Below are positions 8,018 to 16,890 of a DNA stretch of 32,000 nucleotides, in pieces. Position 1 is the first letter of the stretch, and every line of letters begins with the position of its first letter. The DNA is taken from positions 60,001-92,000 of the forward strand of contig NC_010655.1 in the NCBI RefSeq assembly GCF_000020225.1. Reading direction: 5' to 3'. Both the position numbers and the translations under genes were made by a program. The stretch comes from Akkermansia muciniphila ATCC BAA-835 (GTDB lineage: Bacteria; Verrucomicrobiota; Verrucomicrobiia; Verrucomicrobiales; Akkermansiaceae). Under the pieces are notes generated by a model. That model saw only the letters and a list, made by a program, of their open reading frames with translations. It was not told the DNA's origin and searched no databases.

Positions 8018-9757
8018 CTACATTTCCCGGTGGGAACGTATTTCCTGAATGGAAATGGACAGGGAGGCGCGGCCGCGGTACACGTTGCGGTCAATCGTGA
8101 AAGCGATATCCCAGGGAGGATTGGGAAGCTCCCGTTCCGCTCCGTTGAAGAAAATAGCGTCACGCTCCACGATGCCCTGGCGCATGAAAAGCTTCAGATG
8201 ATTGGTTCCCACGCGCTTGGGCGGTTCCGTGGGAAAAACGTCGGAACTCATGAAGAGAGGCTGTGGATTGGAGTTGCCGAAAGGTTCCAGCTTTTCATAG
8301 CTGTCCAGCAAATCCAGCGTCAACGCCTGGAAGGACACTTCCATGTCTATGTTGAGCACGGGGCTGCGCTGTTCCTCCGTCGTGGTTTCAGACACATAAC
8401 GGTTGAATGCCCGGCGGAAATCGTCCATGCGGGATTCTTCAATCACCAGCCCCGCCGCCATGTCATGGCCGCCGCCGGAAACCAGCGTATCCGCACAATG
8501 GTGAATGGCCTGCACCAGGGACACGCCGGGAATGGAACGGCCGGAGCCCTTCCCCACGCCGCTTTCGTCAAAGGCGATGACGAAGGTCGGCTTGTGGTAC
8601 CGCCTCATCAGCTGGGAGGCTACAATGCCCACCACGCCGGGATGCCACGCGCGGGAACCCAGCACAATGACGTTATCCCTCTCCGGGTCAAAGGAGTTAT
8701 GAAGCATTTCCACCGCATCCGTCCGGATGGCCTCCTCTTCCTCCTGCCGCTTGCGGTTGTGGGAATCCAGCATTTGGGCAAGCTGCACGGCCCTCCTGGC
8801 ATCCATGGTCAGCAGGAGTTCCAACGCATCCATGGGGGAATCCATGCGCCCGGCGGCATTAATGCGCGGGCCTATCCTGAACCCCACGTGGGCGGCGTTC
8901 AGGAAGCCCGCGTGGTTGACGGAGTCGGAAGGTCGGATGCCCGCTATTTCCGTCAGGGTTTTGAGGCCCGTATGGCGGCTGTGCGCCAGCCTGCCCAGGC
9001 CGTGGCGAACCAGAATCCTGTTTTCCGCCACCAGGGGAACAATGTCCGCCACGGTTGCCACGGCCACCAGGTCCAGATAAAGTTTCAGGTCAAAGGTTTT
9101 CAGTTTCCGCTCCTTCAGGAGGGCATGCGCCAGCTTGAAGACTACGCCCGCGCTGCACAGATAAGTATATGGGCTGTTTTCCTCAATTTTGGCATTGACC
9201 ACCGCCGCTGCATCCGGACGCCCCAAAGGGCCCGCCTCATGGTGATCCAGAATGATTACGTCTATCCCCAGACTGTTAAGCATGTCCACCTCCTTCACGG
9301 AGGAAGTGCCGCAGTCCACCGTAATAAGCAGGCTGGGAGGGTCCGCACATTCGCAAAGGCAACGCTTGATGCCGGCCTCGCTGAGTCCGTAGCCTTCCCG
9401 GGAACGGACGGGAATAAAATACTGGGGATCCAGGTCATAAGCCATCAAAATGGCCCGGAGAAGCGCCACGGAGGTGACACCGTCCACATCATAGTCCCCA
9501 TAAATGCACACGGTTTCCCCTTCATCCACGGCCCGGAAAATGCGGTCCACGGCAGCCCTCATTTCCCCCATCAGGAAAGGGTCGCTCAGGTGGGAGAGCC
9601 TGGGGTCCAGAAAGAGTTCCGTTTCCATTCCCCCGGTGAAGCCGCGCTGCAGCAGGAGCTGCTTGACCAGCAGGGGCAGTTCCGCAGGAAACGCTTTCAA
9701 GACCGGATCATCCTCCTTCACGGAAGGGCGTAGAGTCCAATGAAAACCCGGCGTCAT
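8018..9757 (-). CDS. recJ: Single-stranded-DNA-specific 5'-3' exonuclease RecJ
   Basis: 579 aa. DHH-family motifs are present (VCIYGDYDVDGVTSVALL, ITVDCG, VIILDHHEAG) along with DHHA1-type GGGHDMAAG. Overall RecJ architecture. Confidence 0.9.
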   Translation of the reverse strand: MTPGFHWTLRPSVKEDDPVLKAFPAELPLLVKQLLLQRGFTGGMETELFLDPRLSHLSDPFLMGEMRAAVDRIFRAVDEGETVCIYGDYDVDGVTSVALLRAILMAYDLDPQYFIPVRSREGYGLSEAGIKRCLCECADPPSLLITVDCGTSSVKEVDMLNSLGIDVIILDHHEAGPLGRPDAAAVVNAKIEENSPYTYLCSAGVVFKLAHALLKERKLKTFDLKLYLDLVAVATVADIVPLVAENRILVRHGLGRLAHSRHTGLKTLTEIAGIRPSDSVNHAGFLNAAHVGFRIGPRINAAGRMDSPMDALELLLTMDARRAVQLAQMLDSHNRKRQEEEEAIRTDAVEMLHNSFDPERDNVIVLGSRAWHPGVVGIVASQLMRRYHKPTFVIAFDESGVGKGSGRSIPGVSLVQAIHHCADTLVSGGGHDMAAGLVIEESRMDDFRRAFNRYVSETTTEEQRSPVLNIDMEVSFQALTLDLLDSYEKLEPFGNSNPQPLFMSSDVFPTEPPKRVGTNHLKLFMRQGIVERDAIFFNGAERELPNPPWDIAFTIDRNVYRGRASLSISIQEIRSHREM

Positions 9758-9883
9758 GGCAGTATTTTAGCCCCGCATCCAACAGGGTCAAGGTTGTTTC
9801 CGCAACAGACGGCCAAAGCGGAGAAAAGAAGCGTCCGCTTCCGTTTCCGGAAACAGTCCGCACGCCGCGCGCCCGGCCCTTTC

Positions 9884-9919
9884 AAAAAAAACTCCGCCCG
9901 GTTCGTTCCGGACGGAGTT
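9884..9919 (-). terminator. Rho-independent terminator of the GH84 gene
   Basis: On the minus strand: AACTCCGTCCGG-aacgaa-CCGGGCGGAGTT followed by T8 (plus-strand A run 9884-9891). It starts about 30 nt downstream of the stop at 9948. Confidence 0.75.
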
Positions 9920-9947
9920 CGGCGTAAGGCGCCAGCGCCTGAGACGG

Positions 9948-12809
9948 TTATTTCCTGGAGGAAAAAATCACTTCATTAATGATTGCATCCGGCTGGGGAG
10001 CCTTGTAGGTCAGGCGCACGGCGGAAGTTCCGGCAGGAATGGCAAATTCGGAGACTCCGGGACCGGCGTTTCTCTTGCCGACCAGCGTCCAGGCACCCTC
10101 GCCGCGGCGCGCCTGGATGGCGAAGGCGGCGGATCCCACTACGACTACCTTGGAAGCCCTGGGGTTGTCCAGATTGGGAACGACTACGTCCAACGGCTTA
10201 TCGGCACGGTAAACCGTCTTCAGGTTTCTGTCGCTCAGGGAGACCAGGCTGGTGCCAGGATCAGAAGGAGGAACGTCAAATTTAAACATGTTCAGAACAA
10301 TGTCCTGTTCCTTCCCGCTTTTATTGACCAGTTTCATGCCTTTGATCCCCTTGGGGAGCTGATTTCCCCTGGCAATGAAGTTCTTGCCCTGTTTGTCCAG
10401 CTTCTGGACCACGGGTTTGGAGGAACCTTCCACATCCAGCACTACCTCAGCCCAGGAGTTGACGTCATCCCGTTCCAGGTTGACTTCCAGCCAGGTGGCG
10501 TCCGTGGGGCCATCCAACCGCAGGGAAATAAATTCTCCGGGTTTCATCTTGTGCGTTTCCATTACGCGGTTGATTCGCACGATTTTGTCGGATTTCTGCA
10601 CGGAAACGCCCTCCAGCCCAGCCACGTTGGAGGAAGCCATAGCGGAAGGAGGCGTGTTGACGGCTATTTCCCTCACGGCAGTCCAGACGGCCCGTCCGTT
10701 GCCCGTTTTCTTCGGCTCAATGACGCGGTAGCGCACGGCACGGAGCAAAACCGGCTTGGGAGCCTTCCAGGCTACCTGCATTCCGGCGGTCTCCGGCCCC
10801 AGCGGCTTCCAGGTCTTGAGGTCGCGGGAGCCTTCCAGCTGCCCTTTCTCTACATAGTCACCGTCCTTGTCGTTGCGGCCCATCAGCACTTCCACGCTCC
10901 GCACGGGAATGGGCATTCCGTAGTCCACGCCATACCAGTCTCCCGGCTGACCATAAGCGCCGGAGTGCCAGAAGGAGCCGCGGTCCCCGTCACAGAAGAG
11001 TTCCGCCTTATCCATGCTGCCCCCCTTGACCAGAGGCTTGGGGGAAAGAGCCGGAGCGCCGGCAATGGCCGGGAAAACTTTTTTGGAGACAATATCCGCC
11101 AGTTCATTGACGGCGGGGGCCATCACCCGGGAACCGGTCTTTACCGCGGAACGGTACAGCTGCCCTTCCTGGTTATGGCGGCGGGAAATTCCATCCATGG
11201 CCGCCAAAGCCTGCGTGGCCTGCACCAGGTGGGTCGCGGCCTCTCCGGCGTTGTTTTCCTCCAGCGCCGCCACGGCATGCTGGCCAGCACGCCCCAGTTG
11301 TTCAAAGGCGTCCACCCACGCGCCGATTTCCTTCATCAGCCGGGGATTGTCGGCCTTGGCGCGGATGACAGGCGCAGCGGAAGCCATGCGAGCGAATTCC
11401 TTTTTAAGCAGAGCCGCATCAGCCTTCTCTATCCTGCCTTCCCGGGCGGCTTCCAGCACGCGCTTGACCACAGGTTCTATTTCCACGGATTCCTCACGCC
11501 GGTAACCGTGGCCGTTAGGCCCCTGGTCGGAGTTGTGGTTCACAAAAACCTGCATGGCTTCCGCCGCCTTCGGGAACAGGCGCCTGACTCCCTCCTTCCA
11601 GGATTCCTCCGACTTAAAGCCGTTGATATTCCAGGAGTAGTCCGCAAGACCGAAGAGGGAAACCTTGGAGGCCTCCGGCTTATCCATGGGGTTGGAGACA
11701 AATCCGCCCATGGATTCCCTGGCTCCCGGTTCCGTGGCAAGTCCGTACACGCGGCCCATGCACAGGTTGGAACGGCAGTAGTCCGTAACGGGGAAATTCC
11801 ACCAGACGTAGGAAGGGCGCTTGATTCTCCTGTTCACCCACTGCTGGCCTTCCAGCGTGATGTCATGGCAGACGGAATTCCCCGTCCACATAACGTGGAT
11901 GGAGGGGTCCAGGCGGTCGCCCAGAATATCCAGATAAGTTCCCGGCTTGGGATTGGCCCAGCCGCGGTTGTACTCCGTAGGGCACATGACCAGGGGAGTG
12001 ACGTCTTTCTTCACCTTGACAAATTCGTCATTGATTTTGTTCAGCAGAAGGGCCTGCATGTCCCCCCGCTTGCCCTCTCCGAAGATGTCGTCAAAAAACA
12101 CGGCAAAGGAACGGACGCCCAGCTTGTACATCATCTCAAACTTTTTGATGACGTTGTTCATGTCTTCTTCCGTCCACTTAATGTCTTTGCCGGGGTGGAT
12201 GGCCCAGACAAAGTCCACATGGTTTTCCTTCGCCACCTTCACCAGTTCCCTGATCTGGGCGGCCTGGTCTGCGGGATAGGGATCCCGCCAGTGGGGGGAG
12301 GAATGGTAGGGATCGTCCTTCGGCCCGTAGATGTATGTGTTCATTTTGTTCTGCCCGTAAAAGCGCAGCTGGCTCAGACGGGCTTCATGGCTCCAGGGAG
12401 TGCCGTAAAAACCTTCCACCGTTCCGCGGAATTCAATGTCCGGCCAATCCGTAATTTCCCCAACGGGCAAAATCACGCCTTCTCCGCCGGTCTTCGTTCC
12501 CAGCTGCCGCAGCGTCTGCATGGCGTAAAATGCCCCCCGTTCGTCATGGGCTCCTATGCCCACCTTTCCCTGCGGAGAAATCACCAGCTTGTAGGCTCCG
12601 GATTTTTCCGGAACCCCGTCCAACAGCTTGCTCCCGCCCGCCTTGGCAGAACGTATTGTCACGGAAGGCTTCCCGGAGAAAGCAACCGTCTGGGAGGTGA
12701 ATTTGGACTGCTGGGGGGACGGATATACGGCAGGAGTCGCCGCCAGAGCGGAGCCGGCCAGAAAGGCCGCCACGCTCAAGCCACATTGGAGAAGTTGAAA
12801 ACCATTCAT
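9948..12809 (-). CDS. Secreted GH84-family beta-N-acetylglucosaminidase (O-GlcNAcase/NagJ-like) with C-terminal discoidin/CBM-type domains
   Basis: 953 aa. Signal peptide MNGFQLLQCGLSVAAFLAGSALA. GH84 core is present: FRGTVEGFYGTPWSHEARLSQLRFYGQNKMNTYIYGPKDDPYH, VDFVWAIHPG, and FAVFFDDI with the catalytic Asp-Asp pair. The C-terminal roughly 350 aa is beta-rich and sugar-binding-module-like. Confidence 0.85.
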   Translation of the reverse strand: MNGFQLLQCGLSVAAFLAGSALAATPAVYPSPQQSKFTSQTVAFSGKPSVTIRSAKAGGSKLLDGVPEKSGAYKLVISPQGKVGIGAHDERGAFYAMQTLRQLGTKTGGEGVILPVGEITDWPDIEFRGTVEGFYGTPWSHEARLSQLRFYGQNKMNTYIYGPKDDPYHSSPHWRDPYPADQAAQIRELVKVAKENHVDFVWAIHPGKDIKWTEEDMNNVIKKFEMMYKLGVRSFAVFFDDIFGEGKRGDMQALLLNKINDEFVKVKKDVTPLVMCPTEYNRGWANPKPGTYLDILGDRLDPSIHVMWTGNSVCHDITLEGQQWVNRRIKRPSYVWWNFPVTDYCRSNLCMGRVYGLATEPGARESMGGFVSNPMDKPEASKVSLFGLADYSWNINGFKSEESWKEGVRRLFPKAAEAMQVFVNHNSDQGPNGHGYRREESVEIEPVVKRVLEAAREGRIEKADAALLKKEFARMASAAPVIRAKADNPRLMKEIGAWVDAFEQLGRAGQHAVAALEENNAGEAATHLVQATQALAAMDGISRRHNQEGQLYRSAVKTGSRVMAPAVNELADIVSKKVFPAIAGAPALSPKPLVKGGSMDKAELFCDGDRGSFWHSGAYGQPGDWYGVDYGMPIPVRSVEVLMGRNDKDGDYVEKGQLEGSRDLKTWKPLGPETAGMQVAWKAPKPVLLRAVRYRVIEPKKTGNGRAVWTAVREIAVNTPPSAMASSNVAGLEGVSVQKSDKIVRINRVMETHKMKPGEFISLRLDGPTDATWLEVNLERDDVNSWAEVVLDVEGSSKPVVQKLDKQGKNFIARGNQLPKGIKGMKLVNKSGKEQDIVLNMFKFDVPPSDPGTSLVSLSDRNLKTVYRADKPLDVVVPNLDNPRASKVVVVGSAAFAIQARRGEGAWTLVGKRNAGPGVSEFAIPAGTSAVRLTYKAPQPDAIINEVIFSSRK

Positions 12810-13251
12810 GATGATGCGCGATAATGGAACCAGAAAAAACTTTCCACCTCAAGAAAAAACCGTCCTCCGCCATCAGGGGAAGAACACGGGAAAAGACTTC
12901 AAGAAGAAACTTCCCCGCCTTCTCTTCCCTCTTCAGGAAGATCCCCCCGCTCCTCATGGAATATTCGGGAACTGTCATCACTCCATCACCCGGCTCATCC
13001 GGAGACCGCCCGGCGCAGCCGCCTCCCTGCAGGAAGCGGCATGTTGATGGATTTCCTGTGAAGGGCAATCGTCCCGCACGGAAATCCTGGTGGGGCTGGA
13101 TGCCGGGGGCGCCGCCTTCTCCCTTCTTGACCAAAAATTCACCGTAACGCTGAAAAACAAAAAAGGGCCGTGCAGAATCCCTGAAAAGTCAGCGTCATCC
13201 CATTTCAGAAGACAAATTTGACCATTGCATCACTTGAAGGGAAGGTTCATC

Positions 13252-14193
13252 ATGCGGAACATGCTCCGGCGCATTTTGATTCCTTTTCTGTGTCTTCTGG
13301 GCCTGTTCTGCTCTCTTCAGGCCCAGGATGCCCCAGTATTGAAAATCGCGGTTCTGCACCCCGTCTTGGGAGACATGGCCCGCGCCATCGGCGGCAGCCG
13401 CGTGCAGGTGGCGGACCTGCTGCGCCCCAACGGCAACCTGCACAGCTTTGAACCCTCGCCGCAGGACATTGCCGCCGCAGGACGGGCGCGCCTGGTGCTG
13501 GCCTCCGGCAAAAACCTGGAGCCGTACCTTCCCAAATTAAAGGACGCCCTGGGAGGCAGCGCGCAAATTCTGGATCTCGGAGCCTCCGTCCCGGATGTTC
13601 CCGTGGAGGAAGACACCGCAGACCATGACCACGAACACGACGGAGACTGCTGCGCCCACGGTCCCAACGATCCCCACTGGTGGCACACACCGGCCAATAT
13701 GAAACGCGCCGCCCGCACCCTGGCCGCAACGCTCACGCGGCTGGACCCGGACCATGAACAGGACTATAAAGTCGGCTTGTCCCGGTGGAACAGAAAGATG
13801 GACCAGCTTTCCTCCTGGGCCAGAAAGGAACTTGCGGACATTCCGGAAACGGACCGCGTCCTGGTTACGGGGCATGCGGCCATGAACCATTTCTGCAGGG
13901 AATTCGGCTTCCGCAGCATCAGCATCCAGGGGATAAGCCGTGAAGATGAAGGCAACTCCGCCCAGCTGGCCTCCACGCTGAAAAAGCTGAGGTCAGCCGG
14001 GGTAAAAGCCCTGTTCCCGGAATATTCCTCCAACCCCAAGAGCCTTACGGAAATCGCCAAATCCCTGAACATCCCCGTTGCCAGACCAATCAATACCGAC
14101 GGGCTGGCCCCTGAGGGCCACACGTTCGAATCCATGTTCAGACAAAACACAGGCATCATCAAGGAAGCCCTTTCCCCGTCTCCCAGGCCATGA
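13252..14193 (+). CDS. znuA: Metal (Zn/Mn) ABC transporter substrate-binding protein, ZnuA/TroA family, with a His/Asp/Cys-rich loop
   Basis: Signal peptide MRNMLRRILIPFLCLLGLFCSLQA. The ATG at 13252 is preceded by GAAGGGAAGG. Cluster-9 SBP motifs are present (HSFEPSPQD, DPHWWH, VTGHAAMNHF) plus the acidic/His loop EEDTADHDHEHDGDCCAHGPND. It heads an operon with ABC ATPase and permease genes. Confidence 0.85.
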   Translation: MRNMLRRILIPFLCLLGLFCSLQAQDAPVLKIAVLHPVLGDMARAIGGSRVQVADLLRPNGNLHSFEPSPQDIAAAGRARLVLASGKNLEPYLPKLKDALGGSAQILDLGASVPDVPVEEDTADHDHEHDGDCCAHGPNDPHWWHTPANMKRAARTLAATLTRLDPDHEQDYKVGLSRWNRKMDQLSSWARKELADIPETDRVLVTGHAAMNHFCREFGFRSISIQGISREDEGNSAQLASTLKKLRSAGVKALFPEYSSNPKSLTEIAKSLNIPVARPINTDGLAPEGHTFESMFRQNTGIIKEALSPSPRP

Positions 14194-14624
14194 CCAGCAC
14201 ACCCCTGCGGCAGTTTTTTCCCACTCTGGGAGTCGTCATCCTGCTGGGATTCTTCCTCTACAACATGACGGCACCCACCACCGGATCACAGGAAGCGGAG
14301 CATTCCGCCCCCACGGCGCAAACCGCGGATGTTCCCACGGTCATCACGGTCAGATGCGCCCACCGTCCGGAAGCCCTTTCCATCTCCTGCGGCGGCCGTC
14401 TTCTCTGGCAGCCCGAAACGCCCGGGCTGCATGAAGAAACGGAATGCGGCCTGCCGTTGAAAAACGGTTCCGTAACGCTTACCGTTTCCGCCCGCTGGCC
14501 GGAAAACACGCCGGACACCCCCGTCACGCTGGAACTGGAACCGGAGGGGAAAACCACCGTCTCCGCCACCCGCTGGTCCTTCGGCCCCTCCCTGAACGAC
14601 AGCTACTCCTTCTCATGGAAATGA
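14190..14624 (+). CDS. Hypothetical membrane-anchored protein embedded in the znu operon
   Basis: 144 aa. Its start overlaps the znuA stop (ATGA) and its stop overlaps the znuC start region. It has one N-terminal TM segment (LGVVILLGFFLYNM), then a roughly 100-aa beta-rich domain with 3 Cys. I recognise no family. Confidence 0.6.
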   Translation: MTSTPLRQFFPTLGVVILLGFFLYNMTAPTTGSQEAEHSAPTAQTADVPTVITVRCAHRPEALSISCGGRLLWQPETPGLHEETECGLPLKNGSVTLTVSARWPENTPDTPVTLELEPEGKTTVSATRWSFGPSLNDSYSFSWK

Positions 14625-15421
14625 ACAGCCCAGCCCCTCCCTGCACCCAGGACCACATCTGCTGGGGCGCGCACGCCAGCCACCCGGACCGCCACCGACT
14701 GGAAGTGGACAGCCTCAGCGTTTATTATGGAAGCCTTCTCGCGCTCAACGGCATCAGCTTTTCCATCACCTGCGGCCACACGCTGGCTCTGATGGGTCCC
14801 AACGGTGCAGGAAAATCCACGCTGATCAAGGCTCTGGCCGGGCTGATCCGCCCCGATTCCGGAAAAATCCTGTGGAACGGATGCCCCCTGCACGACACGC
14901 CGGGAGAAATAGCCTACCTGCCCCAGCGTTCCGACGTAGACTGGTCTTTCCCCATCACCGTCCGCGCGCTGGTGGAAATGGGCCGCTATCCGTCCCTGGG
15001 CCTGTGGAAAAAATTCGGGAGGCATGACCGGGATATTGTGGAAAAATCCCTTCACGTTCTTGGTATGGAATCCCTGGCGGACCGCCAGATTTCAGAACTC
15101 TCCGGCGGCCAGCAGCAGCGGGCCTTTCTGGCTCGGGCCCTGGCGCAGGAGGCCCATGTCCTCCTGCTGGACGAACCCTTCACGGGCCTGGACGCCCCCG
15201 CCAGCCAATCCCTGGGGAGGCTACTGGATTCCCTGTCGGCGGAAGGGCGGCTGGTCATCGCCTCCCACCACGACCTGAACACGGCGGCAGACATCTTCGA
15301 CACCATCCTGCTGATGAACAGGGAGCTGGCCGCCTTCGGCCCCCCGAAGGAAGTGCTTACCCCCGCACGCATCCGGGAGACATACGGAATGGAACCTCAA
15401 CCGGAAACCCAAGCTTCATGA
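14615..15421 (+). CDS. znuC: Metal ABC transporter ATP-binding protein (ZnuC-like)
   Basis: Walker A GPNGAGKST, Q-loop, signature LSGGQQQR, Walker B LLLDEPFTGLD and an H-loop. I chose the start at ATG 14615 or 14621 (MEMNS..) rather than the ORF-track 14444, because of the overlap with the upstream ORF. Confidence 0.88.
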   Translation: MEMNSPAPPCTQDHICWGAHASHPDRHRLEVDSLSVYYGSLLALNGISFSITCGHTLALMGPNGAGKSTLIKALAGLIRPDSGKILWNGCPLHDTPGEIAYLPQRSDVDWSFPITVRALVEMGRYPSLGLWKKFGRHDRDIVEKSLHVLGMESLADRQISELSGGQQQRAFLARALAQEAHVLLLDEPFTGLDAPASQSLGRLLDSLSAEGRLVIASHHDLNTAADIFDTILLMNRELAAFGPPKEVLTPARIRETYGMEPQPETQAS

Positions 15422-16281
15422 TGGATGATTTTCTCCAATTCCTCCGCGAACCCATCGCGCAGCGGTCCCTGCTGGCCTGCGTCATGATCGGCTTCGCCAA
15501 CGGCTTCGTCAGCGGGCTGGTAATCCTGAAAAAATCCGCCCTCCAAATCGGCACGCTTTCCTGCGCCCTGCTGCCGGGCATTGCGGTGGCGGTGCTCCTC
15601 TTCGGCCTTACCCGCTGGAGCCTGCTGACGGGGGCTGTGGTGGCCGCCCTGCTGGTGGGTCTGGGTTCCCTCTTCGTCTCCCGTACATCCCGGCTGAACC
15701 AGGACACCGCCCTTTCCATCCTGCATACCACGGCTTTCGCTGCGGGCTTCATCGTGCTGGTCAGGCTAGGCCTGCAGCAGAAAATTGACGACTGGCTGTT
15801 TGGCTCCATCATGAGCCTGTCCGACTCCGACCTGTGGATCGCCTTCGCCATCAGCTCCGTCAGCGTCCTGATCCTGCTGCTCTTCCGCCGCCCCATCCTG
15901 ATCTGCCTCTTTGACCCGGACATCGCCACCACGCTGGGAATCCCCTCCCGCCTCATCAGCTACGGCATTTTCACCCTGATCATTCTGGTGCTCGTTTCCT
16001 CCCTGCAGGCCGTGGGAGCGTTCCTGACGCTGGGGCTGCTTGTCGGCCCCGCCGCCACGGTGTACCTGCTTACCAACAAGCCGTCCCATCTCTTCTGGGG
16101 GGGAGGAATCATCGGAGGGCTGGGCTCCCTGCTGGCTTTTTACCTGTCCTTCCCCCTGGGCTGGCATCTGGGCGCCACCATCATTCTGGTGCTGGGCGTC
16201 ATTTTTTGCACAGCCTATTTGTATTCATCACGGTGCGGACGTTTGAAACAACGCGGGAAGAATTCTTCTCAAGTACAATAA
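15418..16281 (+). CDS. znuB: Metal ABC transporter permease (ABC-3/ZnuB family)
   Basis: 287 aa with about 8 TM segments. The start overlaps the znuC stop (ATGA). Composition and length are typical of ZnuB/TroCD-type permeases. Confidence 0.85.
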   Translation: MMDDFLQFLREPIAQRSLLACVMIGFANGFVSGLVILKKSALQIGTLSCALLPGIAVAVLLFGLTRWSLLTGAVVAALLVGLGSLFVSRTSRLNQDTALSILHTTAFAAGFIVLVRLGLQQKIDDWLFGSIMSLSDSDLWIAFAISSVSVLILLLFRRPILICLFDPDIATTLGIPSRLISYGIFTLIILVLVSSLQAVGAFLTLGLLVGPAATVYLLTNKPSHLFWGGGIIGGLGSLLAFYLSFPLGWHLGATIILVLGVIFCTAYLYSSRCGRLKQRGKNSSQVQ

Positions 16282-16348
16282 CAAAGCCCATTTTCATGAC
16301 AATCCATGACACGCAGACTACTAGTCCGCCACAGGGAGCGCCATTATA

Positions 16349-16885
16349 ATGCGGGTTGTGAAAAAATGTGAGATATGCTCTGCACCGGCAACGGTGTTCC
16401 TGACACAGATCATCAACGGGAAGTCCACCAAATTCTGCCTTTGCGCCAAATGCGCCCAGGAGCGGGGTCTGCTGGATCCAGATGCCTTCGATCTGGCAGA
16501 GAAACTGTTCCCGAACCTTCAGGGCCAATTCGGCAAGGAAGGCGCGGCGGGGCCCGCCGCTCCCATTCCGGCCCTGCAATCCCTGCCCCTCACAAGCTGT
16601 CCGATCTGCTCCTTCACCCTTCAGGATTACAAAAACGTAGGACGCCTGGGCTGCAGTGAATGCTACAACGTCTTTGAAGAAGAAATCCTCCCTCTTCTTA
16701 CCCAGATCCAGCCTGATTCCCACCATCACGGGAAAACGCCGGAACGGGCCGAAAAACGCGAAACGGAAACCCATACCATCAGCGATCTGGAACAACAGCT
16801 TTCCCTGGCAGTGGCAAGAGAGGATTATGAACGCGCCGCCAAACTCCGCGATCAAATCAAACAATTGCGCACGCCGACCAATTAA
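16349..16885 (+). CDS. mcsA: McsA-like activator of protein-arginine kinase (zinc-finger + UVR-domain protein)
   Basis: Two CxxC pairs at the N-terminus (CEICSAP..FCLCAKCA) and a second zinc module (CPICSFTLQDYKNVGRLGCSECYNVF). The C-terminal UVR motif is LSLAVAREDYERAAKLRDQIKQLR. It sits immediately upstream of mcsB and clpC. Confidence 0.8.
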   Translation: MRVVKKCEICSAPATVFLTQIINGKSTKFCLCAKCAQERGLLDPDAFDLAEKLFPNLQGQFGKEGAAGPAAPIPALQSLPLTSCPICSFTLQDYKNVGRLGCSECYNVFEEEILPLLTQIQPDSHHHGKTPERAEKRETETHTISDLEQQLSLAVAREDYERAAKLRDQIKQLRTPTN

Positions 16886-16890
16886 CATAC

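Noticed and set aside
7961-9733. 590-aa plus-strand ORF opposite recJ
   Set aside because: This is an antisense shadow. The minus strand carries the DHH/DHHA1 RecJ motifs and the plus-strand translation has none.
10551-12824. 757-aa plus-strand ORF opposite the GH84 gene
   Set aside because: This is an antisense shadow with a His/Gly/Arg/Pro-rich translation. The GH84 catalytic motifs and signal peptide are on the minus strand.
13100-13251. Search for a Zur/Fur-type palindromic box upstream of znuA
   Set aside because: I found only a weak TGAAA..TTTCA inverted pair (around 13182-13208). Nothing resembles the Zur consensus sequences I know, so it is not reportable without a matrix scan.
16282-16348. 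Search for a CtsR operator (tandem GGTCAAA-type heptads) upstream of mcsA
   Set aside because: No such repeat is visible in the 67-nt intergenic region.
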